Shown piece by piece: positions 41,867 through 54,180 of a stretch of DNA of 64,000 nucleotides. The first letter of the stretch is position 1, and each line of letters opens with the position of its first letter. This DNA comes from Candidatus Binatia bacterium (GTDB lineage: Bacteria; Desulfobacterota; Binatia; HRBIN30). The stretch is taken from the NCBI GenBank assembly GCA_044450645.1, contig JBIOJG010000012.1, positions 36,566 to 100,565 on the forward strand, read 5' to 3'. Made by a program: the position numbers and the translations under genes. The notes under the pieces are model-generated. The model saw only the letters and a list, made by a program, of their open reading frames with translations. It was not told the DNA's origin and made no database searches.

Positions 41867-43936
41867 ATGAGCACGCTGATTTTCAGCGTTTTTGTTATTG
41901 CCGCATTGGGGTATTTCGGACGCACGATCTACCGGCGCTTCGGCGTGCTCCTCAAGGTCACGCCGGTCAACCGCTTCGATGATATTCCTGCGCGCATCAA
42001 GGCGGTGCTCGTGTATGCCTTCGGGCAAAAGAAGTTCGTGCAGCGTGAGCCCCGGCCGGAGACCCGCATCAGCGAACAGTCTGCCGGATGGATGCATTTT
42101 TTCATCTTCTGGGGATTCTCCATCCTGGCCATTCAGGTCATCACCATGTTCGCGCGCGGTTTCGTCGATGACTTCTACCTGCCGCTGTTGAGTCCGCGCT
42201 GGTTCGGCGGCCCGTACCTGCTGCTCAAGGACATTATGGAGGTGGCGGTGCTGGGCGCGATCAGCGTGGCACTGTATCGCTGGGGCGTATCGCATCCGAA
42301 ACGTCTCTACGGGTTCGAGCCCGCGGAAGATCGCCTGGCCGGCCGGTCGCATTGGGAGGCCTACCTGATTCTGTGCTTTATCGGCTGCATCATGATCGGT
42401 GGCCTTCTCTACGACGGCGGGCGCATGGTGTACGAGCGGAACAACGAGTTGGTGCAAAGCGAACGGAGCTGGCAGCCCTTCAGCGCCTTGGTTGGCCTGG
42501 CTCTGAGCCGCATCGGAGATGGAAGCGCCAAGTGGTTCAGTGATTTCGGGTGGTGGCTGCATAACTGCGTCATCCTGGTGTTCGTGAACCTGCTGCCGCT
42601 GTCGAAGCACTTTCACATTATTACCTCGCTGCCCAACGTCTTCTTCCTCAAGACCGAACCGCGCGGTGCCCTCAACAAGATGGATCTGGAGAACGCCACC
42701 AGGTTCGGCACATCCTACATCAATCAGTTCACCTGGAAACAGGTTCTCGACATGTATTCGTGCACCGAGTGCGGGCGTTGCTCGTCGCACTGCCCAGCCA
42801 CCATGAGCGGCAAAGAACTGGCCCCGCGGCAACTGCTCTTGGACCTACGTGAGTACCTGTACGAGCACGAAGGCGACATCCTTACCTTGAAGCCGGCCGG
42901 TGGTGACGGTGCCGAGGCGGCGACGGTGGGCGAGAACATCGCCGGCGAAAAGGTGATCCACGATGAGGTCCTGTGGGCGTGCACGACCTGCCGCGCTTGT
43001 GAAGAGGCGTGTCCGGTGATGATCGAGTACGTCGACAAGATTGTCGACATGCGGCGCCACCTCGTGCAGGAAGAGTCGCGCTTCCCGGTGGAGCTGACGC
43101 GAACGTTCAAGGGCCTGGAGACGCAGAGTAATCCGTGGGGCATCGACGCCGCCCAACGCGGTGCTTGGGCGGAGGGGCTCGACGTGCCTACGATGGCCAA
43201 TCATCCTGACGCCGAATATCTGTATTATGTCGGCTGCGCCGGGTCTTTCGACGACCGCAACAAACGGACGACGATCGCGTTCGCCAAGATTCTGAAAAAG
43301 GCCGAGGTCGATTTCGCCATCCTCGGCGACGAGGAGATGTGCAATGGGGAAACGGCCAGGCGCATCGGCAACGAGTATCTCTTTCAGAGCATGGCACAGG
43401 CGTGCATCGAGGTCCTCAACGGTTACAAGGTGAAGAAGATCCTCACCAACTGCCCGCATTGTCTCAACACGTTGAAGAACGAGTTCCCGCAATTCGGGGG
43501 CAACTACCAAGTCACCCATGCCACCGAGTTCGTCAAAGAGCTTATTGCCGCCGGCAAGATACGGTTCAAGGCGGACGGTGCGCAGGCGATTACCTACCAT
43601 GACTCGTGTTACCTCGGCCGGTACAACGACATCTTCGATGCGCCACGCGACATCCTGCAAAGCATGCCCGGCGTCAAGCTGCAGGAGATGGAGCGCAACC
43701 GGAAATTCGGCATGTGCTGCGGAGCCGGCGGTGGCCGCATGTGGATGGAAGAGGAGCCGACGAAGCGCGTCAACATTCGCCGCGTCGAGCAAGCGCTGGA
43801 GACCAATCCGGATGCGGTGGCGGTGGCCTGCCCCTATTGCATGACGATGGTGGACGACGGCATCAAATCTAAGAACATGGAAGAGAAGGTCAAGGCACTC
43901 GACATCATGGAGCTGGTTGCCGATGCGATGGTCTAG
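41867..43936 (+). CDS. Fused membrane (cytochrome b/NarI/DsrM-like) and Fe-S/CCG-domain (HdrD/DsrK/GlpC-like) oxidoreductase
   Basis: ATG 41867 follows GGAGG. There are 5-6 N-terminal TM helices with conserved His (WMHFFIFWGF, LSKHFHIITS). Two 4Fe-4S motifs are CTECGRCSSHCP and CTTCRACEEACP. Two CCG-type Cys-rich domains contain YYVGCAGSFD, CPHCLNTLK, YHDSCYLGRYN and MCCGAGGG. Confidence 0.8.
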   Translation: MSTLIFSVFVIAALGYFGRTIYRRFGVLLKVTPVNRFDDIPARIKAVLVYAFGQKKFVQREPRPETRISEQSAGWMHFFIFWGFSILAIQVITMFARGFVDDFYLPLLSPRWFGGPYLLLKDIMEVAVLGAISVALYRWGVSHPKRLYGFEPAEDRLAGRSHWEAYLILCFIGCIMIGGLLYDGGRMVYERNNELVQSERSWQPFSALVGLALSRIGDGSAKWFSDFGWWLHNCVILVFVNLLPLSKHFHIITSLPNVFFLKTEPRGALNKMDLENATRFGTSYINQFTWKQVLDMYSCTECGRCSSHCPATMSGKELAPRQLLLDLREYLYEHEGDILTLKPAGGDGAEAATVGENIAGEKVIHDEVLWACTTCRACEEACPVMIEYVDKIVDMRRHLVQEESRFPVELTRTFKGLETQSNPWGIDAAQRGAWAEGLDVPTMANHPDAEYLYYVGCAGSFDDRNKRTTIAFAKILKKAEVDFAILGDEEMCNGETARRIGNEYLFQSMAQACIEVLNGYKVKKILTNCPHCLNTLKNEFPQFGGNYQVTHATEFVKELIAAGKIRFKADGAQAITYHDSCYLGRYNDIFDAPRDILQSMPGVKLQEMERNRKFGMCCGAGGGRMWMEEEPTKRVNIRRVEQALETNPDAVAVACPYCMTMVDDGIKSKNMEEKVKALDIMELVADAMV

Positions 43937-44011
43937 GGTGGCGCCATCTGCGGGCTGCCAGAAGGTATGGGCAGGAAGGCCCGCTTCGACGGTGCGAACG
44001 GCGCGAGCCCG

Positions 44012-46168
<2,157 letters not shown>

Positions 46169-46435
46169 GTTGGCTTTGCTCCATGTCAGCGCGGGCTGCG
46201 AGCCTAGGAATTGAGCCCGCTTCCACTGATTTGCGGCGGTGGATTTTCCCGGTATCGCAACCAGCAACACTTGACTAGCGCGAGTGGTCCGTGGTGTCAA
46301 AAGGGCGGCTGCGCATGCGTGGCTGTCTCGCCGAATCGCGTTACCAGCACCTGCCCTGCGATGCGTGCTTCGATAGGGCGTGCGTGCTAACAAAGTGTAG
46401 GTCAGTTCGGCGGTTTCGAGCCGGTACGCACCGGC

Positions 46436-48706
46436 ATGCCAGGAGTCCGCAAAAGGTACGTGATGAAGCAAACGACCTTGCTGCGGCAGCTTGATGCTGC
46501 CCAGCGCCGGGTGGCGGCGCTACGACGGTCCGCCGGCGGGCCGGGGGGAGCTCCCGCGTTGCTGCGGGACGTGCTGGTTGAGGTCTCCAAAGTCTTGGAA
46601 GATTTCCAGCAGCTGGCCGATGCCTCACCTTTGTGGTCCGACCATTCGGCCGCAGCAGACGACCCTGAAATAGAGCGCCGATGCGAGCAGGAAACGCTCG
46701 AGGCGTTGCGGTGTAGTGAAGCGCGAACGCAGGCCATCGTGAATGCCGCGGTTGACGGCATCATCACGATTGACGAGCAGGGGATCGTCCAATCGCTGAA
46801 CCCTGCCGCCGAGCGGCTGTTCGGGTACAGTGCGCAAGAAGTGATTGGACAAGACATCAAGATACTGGTGCCGCCTCCGTGGCGGGACGAGCACGACGAC
46901 TTCCTGGCGAAATACTTGAGCACGGGTGAGCGCAAGACCGCCGGTATGCGCCGCGCGGTGGTCGGGGCACGCAAGGATAGTAGCACGTTTCCTGCGGACC
47001 TCACCGTGAGTGAAATGCTGGTCGATGACCATCGCCTCTTCATCGGAATCGTACGTGACGTTACCGAGCACAGGCAAGCAGAACGGCGTCTGGCGGCGCA
47101 GTACGCGGTGACTCGAGTCCTGGCGGAGTCCACGACCCTACGCGAGGCGATTCCGAAAATGCTGGGCTGCATTTGCGAAGGTGTCGGCTGGGAGTTGGGA
47201 GAGCTGTGGCGCTTGGATGCGGAGGCCAATGTCCTGCGCTGGGATGGCATGTGGCACCGGCGATCAGCCGAGGCCTCCGAATTCGAGGCGGTCAGTCACC
47301 GTATGACGTTTGCGCCGGGTGAGGGACTGTCAGGTCGCGCGTGGGAGAGCAACCAGCCTGCATGGATCAGCAACGTTCTCGAAGACTCCGGTTTTCTCCG
47401 TCCCTCCTTGGCCACCAACATGGGTCTGTACTGTGCCTCCGCGTTCCCGATCCGGACCGGTAACGTGGTGAGCGGAGTCATGGTGTTTTTCAGCCGCGAA
47501 GTTCGCCCGCCAGACCATGACCTGCTGCAGATGTTGGACGCGCTCGGCAATCAGATCGGTGACTTCATTGCCCGCAAACGAGCCGAAGAGGCGCTGCGAG
47601 AGAGCGATCGGAGGTTCGCCTTGTTCATGCAGAACCTTCCCGGTGTGGCCTTCATGAAGGACGTCCAGGGCCGCTATGTTTATGTCAACGAACACTTCGC
47701 GAACACCTTCCACGCCCAAGGCTGGCTCGGCAAGGTCGACGACGAGTGCTGGTCTCCCGGAGTTGCCAGCCAATTCAAACAGAATGACCGCGTCGTGCTT
47801 GACAGCGGAAAGGCCCTGCAAGCGATCGAAACCGTTCCGCACGATGACGGGCTCCACTCCTGGCTGGTGAGCAAATTCCCGATTTTGAATGAAAGTGGCG
47901 AGCCGGTAATGGTTGGGGGGGTCGCCGTCGACATCACCGAGCGCGAACAGGCGGAGGCCAAGCTGCGCGAGTTGCAAAGATTGGCGCGCCAGAGGGAGCG
48001 GCTGGCCGATATCGGCGCCATCACGGCGGAGATCGTCCATGATATGGGGAACCCGCTAGCGGGTGTCTCGATGCAAGCCCAGCTCATTTTGCGGCGGGTG
48101 CAGCGTGATGAAACCCAGCCCGTCAGTACCATCATGAGACCGATGCAGCGTATCGTTTCAGAGGTGCATCGGCTCGACGCACTCATCAAGGAGTTCATGG
48201 ACTTTTCGCGCGAGCAGCGGCTGCACCTGACTACGGTTCACGTGCCGCGCTTTTTGGCGTCGGTGGCGGAACTTTGGGAGCCGCTGGCCTCCACCCGCGG
48301 GATCAGGTTGCTGCTTGAGGTTCCAGAGGAACTGCCACCGATCACGGCCGACGAAGAAAAGCTCCACCGTGTCTTCGAAAACCTGGTGAAGAACGCCGTC
48401 GAGGCGATCGACAGGGGACCCGGCCAGATCAGAATCTACGCGGCCACTCCAAGATCCGAGAAAATTCGCATCTCCATCGAGGATTCCGGCCCCGGGATTC
48501 CGCAGGATCTGGAAGTGTTTCGCTTGTTTGAGACGACAAAACCCTATGGCTCGGGGCTGGGACTTCCCATTGTTCGTCAAATCGTACTGGCACACGGTGG
48601 CGGCATCGCTTTTGCTCGGCTGGAGCCGCATGGCACTGTCTTCGACATCGAGCTTCCCTGCCGCGGACCGCTCCCGCAAGGACGCGAGGGTCCTGCTGCT
48701 CGATGA
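46436..48706 (+). CDS. PAS-GAF-PAS sensor histidine kinase
   Basis: The first PAS domain is AIVNAAVDGIITIDEQGIVQSLNPAAERLFGYSAQEVIGQDI. A GAF-like segment and a second PAS domain follow. The HisKA domain shows ITAEIVHDMGNPLAG. The HATPase domain shows IEDSGPGIP...GSGLGLPIVRQIV. An alternative start lies at 46463. Confidence 0.85.
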   Translation: MPGVRKRYVMKQTTLLRQLDAAQRRVAALRRSAGGPGGAPALLRDVLVEVSKVLEDFQQLADASPLWSDHSAAADDPEIERRCEQETLEALRCSEARTQAIVNAAVDGIITIDEQGIVQSLNPAAERLFGYSAQEVIGQDIKILVPPPWRDEHDDFLAKYLSTGERKTAGMRRAVVGARKDSSTFPADLTVSEMLVDDHRLFIGIVRDVTEHRQAERRLAAQYAVTRVLAESTTLREAIPKMLGCICEGVGWELGELWRLDAEANVLRWDGMWHRRSAEASEFEAVSHRMTFAPGEGLSGRAWESNQPAWISNVLEDSGFLRPSLATNMGLYCASAFPIRTGNVVSGVMVFFSREVRPPDHDLLQMLDALGNQIGDFIARKRAEEALRESDRRFALFMQNLPGVAFMKDVQGRYVYVNEHFANTFHAQGWLGKVDDECWSPGVASQFKQNDRVVLDSGKALQAIETVPHDDGLHSWLVSKFPILNESGEPVMVGGVAVDITEREQAEAKLRELQRLARQRERLADIGAITAEIVHDMGNPLAGVSMQAQLILRRVQRDETQPVSTIMRPMQRIVSEVHRLDALIKEFMDFSREQRLHLTTVHVPRFLASVAELWEPLASTRGIRLLLEVPEELPPITADEEKLHRVFENLVKNAVEAIDRGPGQIRIYAATPRSEKIRISIEDSGPGIPQDLEVFRLFETTKPYGSGLGLPIVRQIVLAHGGGIAFARLEPHGTVFDIELPCRGPLPQGREGPAAR

Positions 48707-49034
48707 CGATGAGGGCTTTCGCAGCGCCTTGGCGGAGAATCTTCGTGATGACGGATTCGCCGTCATCGAATACTCCACGGCTCGGGAACTGCCTCCGCTT
48801 ACCGCTCTGGGGGAGATCCGGGTGGTCGTCACTGACTACGACATGCCCGGAACCGATGGCCTCGCGTTTGCCGAGAGCTTCCGTGCCGCGTATCCAAGCG
48901 TACCGATCATCATGGTGACCGGCTGCTGCACGGTGAACCTCGAAGACCTCGCTGCTGCACGCGGCGTGTGCCTCCTCCGAAAACCGCTCGAATACGAACA
49001 ATTGCACAGCTTGCTGCATCGCCTTCCGGCGTGA
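48630..49034 (+). CDS. Single-domain response regulator, overlapping the kinase gene 3-prime end
   Basis: Receiver features are ARVLLLDDDEGFRSALAENL...VVVTDYDMPGTDG...PIIMVTG...LRKPL. The start is ambiguous within ORF 48528-49034. Confidence 0.75.
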   Translation: MALSSTSSFPAADRSRKDARVLLLDDDEGFRSALAENLRDDGFAVIEYSTARELPPLTALGEIRVVVTDYDMPGTDGLAFAESFRAAYPSVPIIMVTGCCTVNLEDLAAARGVCLLRKPLEYEQLHSLLHRLPA

Positions 49035-49169
49035 ACCCGGCGCCAGGTTAGTGGCACGGACCCGAATAGGCGTCGCCGCTGATTTCATGAGTTCTTGCGC
49101 GAAACGGCCGGTTGTCATGTGGACTCGCTCCAGTAGCCCTTGACGGTTCGCCTGTGGTAACGTCCGGCC

Positions 49170-50024
49170 ATGCAGACGATCGGCGTGGTGGTGAAACGCG
49201 ACCGTGCACAAGCGGCCGAGCTTGCTCGGGAACTGATCGCCTGGCTCTCGCAGCATAACGTCACCACTCTGGTTGAAGCAGAGATCGCCGCTCAGCTCGG
49301 CTGCAGCCGCGGAGTCACCAAAGAGGACATCATTGCGACCGCTGAGATGGTTGTCGTACTCGGTGGCGACGGAACATTGCTCAGCGTGGCACGGCTCATG
49401 CGCGCCCGGGCGATCCCAATTCTCGGCGTGAACCTGGGGAATTTCGGCTTTCTCACCGCGCTGACTAGTGATGAACTCATGCCAATGATGGGGCGCATCC
49501 TGGAAGGCCATTTCGAAGTCGAACAGCGTATGACGCTCGAAGTGACCCTCCGGCGCACCGATTGCCCCCCGATCGACCGTCAGGTGCTCAACGAAGCGGT
49601 CATTACAAAAGGCGCATTGGCACGGATCATCGATCTCGAAACGGCGGTCAATGGCCAGCATTTGTGCGTTTACAAGGCCGACGGGTTGATCGTCACAACT
49701 CCGACTGGATCAACCGCCTATTCACTGTCCGCCGGCGGCCCGATTGTGCACCCATCAGTGGGGGTGACGGTGCTTTCACCCATTTGTCCGCACACGTTGA
49801 CGCATCGGCCGATGGTGCTCCCCGACTCCGCCACGGTCGTCATTACTGTGCGCTCGCCGGATGAAGATGTGGTCCTCACATTGGACGGGCAGGAAGGCAT
49901 AGCCCTGCGTAACGACGACGTGGTGGAGATCCGCAAGGCAAAGACCAGCGTACCCCTGGTACAATCGGCTACACGCAATTACTTCGATGTTTTGCGCAGC
50001 AAATTGCGTTGGGGCGAACGGTGA
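49170..50024 (+). CDS. nadK: NAD+ kinase
   Basis: Family motifs are [30 protein letters not shown] and [25 protein letters not shown]. Confidence 0.9.
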   Translation: MQTIGVVVKRDRAQAAELARELIAWLSQHNVTTLVEAEIAAQLGCSRGVTKEDIIATAEMVVVLGGDGTLLSVARLMRARAIPILGVNLGNFGFLTALTSDELMPMMGRILEGHFEVEQRMTLEVTLRRTDCPPIDRQVLNEAVITKGALARIIDLETAVNGQHLCVYKADGLIVTTPTGSTAYSLSAGGPIVHPSVGVTVLSPICPHTLTHRPMVLPDSATVVITVRSPDEDVVLTLDGQEGIALRNDDVVEIRKAKTSVPLVQSATRNYFDVLRSKLRWGER

Positions 50025-50103
50025 GAGGCGTCGTCGTATGGCAAATCGCTTCTCGTTCCGGGCGGATGGTGTGCTTGACCCGATGATCCGATAAGCCAGA
50101 CCT

Positions 50104-51822
50104 ATGCTGCGGGCGCTGCGCATCACGAATTTTGCCATCATTGACGAGCTGTCGCTCTCTTTTGCGCCGGGAATGAATGTGCTCACCGGCGAGACCGGTG
50201 CCGGCAAGAGTATCATCATGCGAGCCATCGGCTTGCTGTGCGGCGCACGTGCTGCCACGGATCTGATCCGCACCAACGCTGACGAGGCGGAAATCGAAGG
50301 CGTCTTTGACCTGGAAGAGGCCGGCCGGGCCGTCCTGCAAGAGACCGGCCTCGCGCCTGCGGAAGAAGTCCTGGTACGCCGTACCATTACGCGCTCCGGG
50401 AAGGGGCGGGTGTACATCAACGGCGGTCTGGCGACCGCTGGTTTGCTGAACCAGCTCACCACCCGGCTGATCCACGTGTATGGCCAGCACGAACACGCGC
50501 TGCTCCTCAAGCCGGAAAACCATCTGGACTTCCTCGATGAGTTCAGCCAGCTGGGTCAACTGCGCCAGAGCATGGCGAGCGCTTACGACGCTTTTCGTGG
50601 AGCGGCGGACCGCCTGGCGGCGTTGACCGCGCACGGTGAAGCCGTGCGGCAACGGCTGGACCTGCTGCGCTTCCAGGTCAGCGAACTGCGCGAGGCCGGA
50701 CCGGCGCGTGGCGAGGAAGAAGAGCTACAGCAAGAACGTGAGGTCCAGCGGCACGCGGAGAAGCTTGCTCAGATCTGTCAAGCGAGCGAGGAATCGCTGT
50801 ACTCCGGAGACGGCGCGATCGCCGCCGGTCTGGCGCGCGTCGCGACACAACTACAGGAGGCCGGACGGATCGCCCCCGCGTTCGGCGCTGCCGCCGAGCT
50901 GTTGCGGCAGGCGACAGCAGAAGTGGAAGAGGTGGCTGCGGACCTCCGGCGTGCTGCGTCACGCCTCCGCCACGATCCCGAGCGCTTGGAAGAAATCGAA
51001 GAACGGCTCGCTCTCTTGCTGCGTCTCAAACGCAAACACGGCTGTACAGCGGATGAACTGACGGAACGGCTGGCCGAGATGGAACGCGAGCTTGCCGGTC
51101 TTGAGGAGTCTACCGGAGACGCCGGCACCTGCCGAAAAGAGCTCGTGACGCGCGCAGCGCACGCGTGGAGCGTGGCACACGAACTGTCCCGCATGCGCCA
51201 GACCGCAGCGGCGACATTGGAGCAGCGCATGGCCGAGGAACTGCGCGTGCTCGGCATGCGCGGCGGCGTCTTTCGTGTCGTCTTCACCGTCGCCGGATCC
51301 GCCGCTCCGCAGGCCGGGTGGGCGGATATCACGACACCAAGCGGTGCACATTTGGGTCCGGTCGGGGCGGACGTGGTCGAATTTTATCTCTCCGCGAATC
51401 CCGGCGAGGATCCCAAAGCCCTGGCACGGATCGCGTCCGGCGGAGAACTCTCCCGCATCATGCTGGCACTCAAGGCGCTCACCGCCGGCGCCGGTGAGGT
51501 GCCCACGGTGATCTTCGACGAAGTGGACGCGGGCATCGGAGGTGCGGTAGCGGAAGCGGTCGGTAAGCGCCTGCGCGACCTCGGCCGGTCACACCAGATA
51601 TTCTGCATTACTCACCTGCCGCAGATTGCGGTGCTGGCCGACCACCATTTTGCCGTGGAAAAGCACGTGATTGATGGCAAGACCACCGCGACGGCAACGG
51701 AGCTGGATGCCGATGAGCGGGTGCGGGAGATCACCCGCATGCTCGGCGGCGCGGACACCGCTGAGTCGCGGCGCTACGCCCGCCGCTTGATCGACGGCAT
51801 TGGCAATACCAGGCGAGCCTGA
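50104..51822 (+). CDS. recN: DNA repair protein RecN
   Basis: The N-terminus is MLRALRITNFAIIDELSLSFAPGMNVLTGETGAGKSII. A long coiled-coil follows. The C-terminus contains SGGELSRIMLALK...VIFDEVDAGIGG. Confidence 0.9.
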   Translation: MLRALRITNFAIIDELSLSFAPGMNVLTGETGAGKSIIMRAIGLLCGARAATDLIRTNADEAEIEGVFDLEEAGRAVLQETGLAPAEEVLVRRTITRSGKGRVYINGGLATAGLLNQLTTRLIHVYGQHEHALLLKPENHLDFLDEFSQLGQLRQSMASAYDAFRGAADRLAALTAHGEAVRQRLDLLRFQVSELREAGPARGEEEELQQEREVQRHAEKLAQICQASEESLYSGDGAIAAGLARVATQLQEAGRIAPAFGAAAELLRQATAEVEEVAADLRRAASRLRHDPERLEEIEERLALLLRLKRKHGCTADELTERLAEMERELAGLEESTGDAGTCRKELVTRAAHAWSVAHELSRMRQTAAATLEQRMAEELRVLGMRGGVFRVVFTVAGSAAPQAGWADITTPSGAHLGPVGADVVEFYLSANPGEDPKALARIASGGELSRIMLALKALTAGAGEVPTVIFDEVDAGIGGAVAEAVGKRLRDLGRSHQIFCITHLPQIAVLADHHFAVEKHVIDGKTTATATELDADERVREITRMLGGADTAESRRYARRLIDGIGNTRRA

Positions 51823-51924
51823 GTGTTGGCTGCGGTCCGGTCCCTCCAGCGGCTCATGGTCCGTGGCTGTCTTGGTACGGACTCACGGACGTGCTACACG
51901 TATTTCAACACGTACGGAGAAAGC

Positions 51925-52155
51925 ATGCAGAAGAAGCTGACGATTACGGTGGACGAGCGCGTCTACGAGGGTCTGCACGCGGTGGTTGGTCGGCGACGAA
52001 TTAGTCGCTTCATCGAGCGCCTGGTCCGGCCCCATGTGGAGCGCGACCATTTGGATGGAGCATACCGGCAGATGGCCGCTGACGAACAACGCGAGGCCGC
52101 GGCACTGGAGTGGGCGGAGGGGACGGTCGGCGATGTCCGTGGTGAAACGCGGTGA
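51925..52155 (+). CDS. Putative type II antitoxin (RHH/MazE-position partner of the downstream toxin)
   Basis: ATG 51925 follows GGAGA. The 76-aa product is MQKKLTITVDERVYEGLHAVVGRRRISRFIERLV.... It overlaps the toxin gene by 23 nt. Confidence 0.55.
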   Translation: MQKKLTITVDERVYEGLHAVVGRRRISRFIERLVRPHVERDHLDGAYRQMAADEQREAAALEWAEGTVGDVRGETR

Positions 52156-52480
52156 CGTGTGGTGGGTCAACTTTGAGCCGGCTGTGGGTGGAGAGATCAG
52201 AAAGAAGCGTCCGGCTGTCGTCGTAAGCAACGACGCGGCCAACCGGCACTTGAACCGCGTGCAGGTAGTGCCGCTGACGACCCAGGTCGGGCAAATCTAC
52301 CCGAGCGAAGCCGAGATTCTGGTGAACCGCCGTCCGAACAAGGCAATGGCAGACCAGCTGACCACGGTAAGCAAACTTAGATTGATCAATCGCACCGGAC
52401 GAGTCTCTGCATCGGACATGCAGAAGGTGGAGCGGGCGATCCGAGTGCAGCTCGCCCTCGGAGCCGATGCGGGCGCCTGA
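52133..52480 (+). CDS. mazF: MazF/PemK-family toxin (endoribonuclease)
   Basis: The product MSVVKRGDVWWVNFEPAVGGEIRKKRPAVVVSNDAANRHLNRVQVVPLTT... shows the family hallmark. Confidence 0.8.
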   Translation: MSVVKRGDVWWVNFEPAVGGEIRKKRPAVVVSNDAANRHLNRVQVVPLTTQVGQIYPSEAEILVNRRPNKAMADQLTTVSKLRLINRTGRVSASDMQKVERAIRVQLALGADAGA

Positions 52481-52656
52481 GATTGCAGGCGGGCGGGAAC
52501 TCAATTGTAGCCGAACAGAGTCTTGCAGCGGTCGTGCATGAACAAGTTACCTCCAAGGGACCTCGTTTGGGGTAAAACGGCCATCCCCTCGACGGCGTCC
52601 GGCAATCTGGTTGGGCACCATTTCCCGGCCGCCTGTGGCAACGCAATCATTATGTA

Positions 52657-52680
52657 GGGGCGGCCCCCTGTGGCCGCCCT
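52657..52680. repeat. GC-rich palindromic hairpin element in a ~700-bp non-coding stretch
   Basis: GGGCGGCC-ccctgt-GGCCGCCC forms an 8-bp perfect stem. It is flanked by AT-richer sequence (tcattatgta...). Confidence 0.4.
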
Positions 52681-53201
52681 CTTCCCGAGGTACTCGTCGG
52701 TAGAGGATGACACAGCGAGCTACAGTGCTCATTATGTTTCTGTCAGGCGACAGGTCTGGCTCCCCATCATGGCCAGTGGACGTGAGCTCTCGCTGCTTGC
52801 CGGCTGCGTCAACTAGGACAATGTTGCCATCGTGAACTGAAACGGCCCGTGAGTGAGCAGGAGTCGGCCAGACGGCCGCGCCGAATAGAGGGCTCTGAGG
52901 ATGGAGGCGCGTTCCGTGCTGAGCTCTTGTTCTTTCTAGACGAGAACGGTTCCATGATGGAGCGTGCCGAACAGGACGATGGAGCCGACGCGAAAAGAAC
53001 GCGCGGTTCATCGCCAACGCGTTCGGTGGCAGGGCACTTCCAACGCCCATGGATGTATGGTGCGCAAGGCCGCACAGCCTGATGAACGATTGCCGCCTGG
53101 AGCGTGCCTGCGCCGACGGCGCGACCCACAAAAGCTTGCTAACGACCCCGGCGCGGGGATAGTAAGTGTGAGCCGCCTCTTTGATTCGGGATGGTGAATT
53201 C

Positions 53202-54179
53202 ATGCGCGTGCTTGTGATCGGTGCCCAAGGCGTGCTGGGCAGCTTCATCGCGCGTCAGTTCCGCGAAGCGGCCTGGGTTGTGACCCGAGGAGGCCGGCGG
53301 CCCGAGACTGCAGAGGATTTCCGCCTCGTCGACCTCGACCGACCCGAAACCGTTGCCGAGGCTTGCCAGGAGGCGGATCTCGTGGTGAGTACGGTCCGGC
53401 ACCCAGCGTTGCTTGCGGAGCGAGCGGTGCTTGCAGCGGGAGGAGTCCTCCTCAACCTCGACGACCTGCCAGCGACGGAACGAGATCGGCTCGATCGCGA
53501 TGTGACCCACCCCCGGGGTTTGGTCGTCGATCGCGCTGGCCTCTACGGGGTCGGTGGCCTTGCCGCGGCGGAACTTCTCGCGGACCACCCGGAAGCTGAT
53601 ACGCTTGAGTACGGATTCATGGTGTCGGCCAAGGAGATCACCGGGCACGCGGGAGGTATTTTCGCGCACCGTTCGCTGAGTGGAGGGGGGCACCTCGAGA
53701 CGATGACCGTCGACCTTCCGGAACCCTTCGGACGGCGGCGGTGCCTCAGCAGCGAGCGCGGCGCGGCGGAGCTGGTCGCTCCGCTCGCCCGCGGGCGGAG
53801 AGCGCGATTGTACCTTTGTTTTCTTCCCGCTGCGGTCAACGGTCTGCTCCTCATCCTGAACGCGTTTCGGCTTGCCGCGCGGTTGCCGCTCGCGGTGTTC
53901 ACCGCTGGACGAGGCGCCGTGCCTGCCGAGCTCAGCCGGCAACCGACGTGTCACTGGACCGCGGTGGTACGGGCGGGGGAACGGTTAGCCGGGCGAGTTA
54001 TTATGGGCGATGGAGACTACCGGTCGAGCGTCGAGGCGACCCTCGTTTTCGCTGAGGCGCTCGTTGTAACCCGAGGGGAGCCGCGCCGCAGCGGTGTGTT
54101 CGGCGTCGATGAGTTACTGACGCTCCGCGAGATACACCCAGCCCTTGAGAGACACGGCGTCCGTGCCTGCGCCCTCTGA
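53202..54179 (+). CDS. NAD(P)-binding Rossmann-fold protein (saccharopine dehydrogenase/NmrA-like)
   Basis: The N-terminus is MRVLVIGAQGVLGSFIARQF (GxxGxxG). The rest shows weak family resemblance only. Confidence 0.6.
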   Translation: MRVLVIGAQGVLGSFIARQFREAAWVVTRGGRRPETAEDFRLVDLDRPETVAEACQEADLVVSTVRHPALLAERAVLAAGGVLLNLDDLPATERDRLDRDVTHPRGLVVDRAGLYGVGGLAAAELLADHPEADTLEYGFMVSAKEITGHAGGIFAHRSLSGGGHLETMTVDLPEPFGRRRCLSSERGAAELVAPLARGRRARLYLCFLPAAVNGLLLILNAFRLAARLPLAVFTAGRGAVPAELSRQPTCHWTAVVRAGERLAGRVIMGDGDYRSSVEATLVFAEALVVTRGEPRRSGVFGVDELLTLREIHPALERHGVRACAL

Positions 54180-54180
54180 G

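Noticed and set aside
41780-42832. Upstream ~350 codons of minus ORF 41324-42832
   Set aside because: This part is antisense to the Fe-S oxidoreductase. The DUF192 gene starts at ATG 41779 with its own lipoprotein signal.
48429-49661. 410-aa minus-strand ORF across the kinase end, the receiver gene and nadK
   Set aside because: All three plus-strand genes have strong family motifs. This is a shadow ORF.
52547-53248. 233-aa minus-strand ORF spanning the non-coding stretch after mazF
   Set aside because: It has no start context and mostly nonsense-like composition. Only a ~35-residue PD40-like fragment is recognisable, so I treat the region as decayed sequence rather than a gene.
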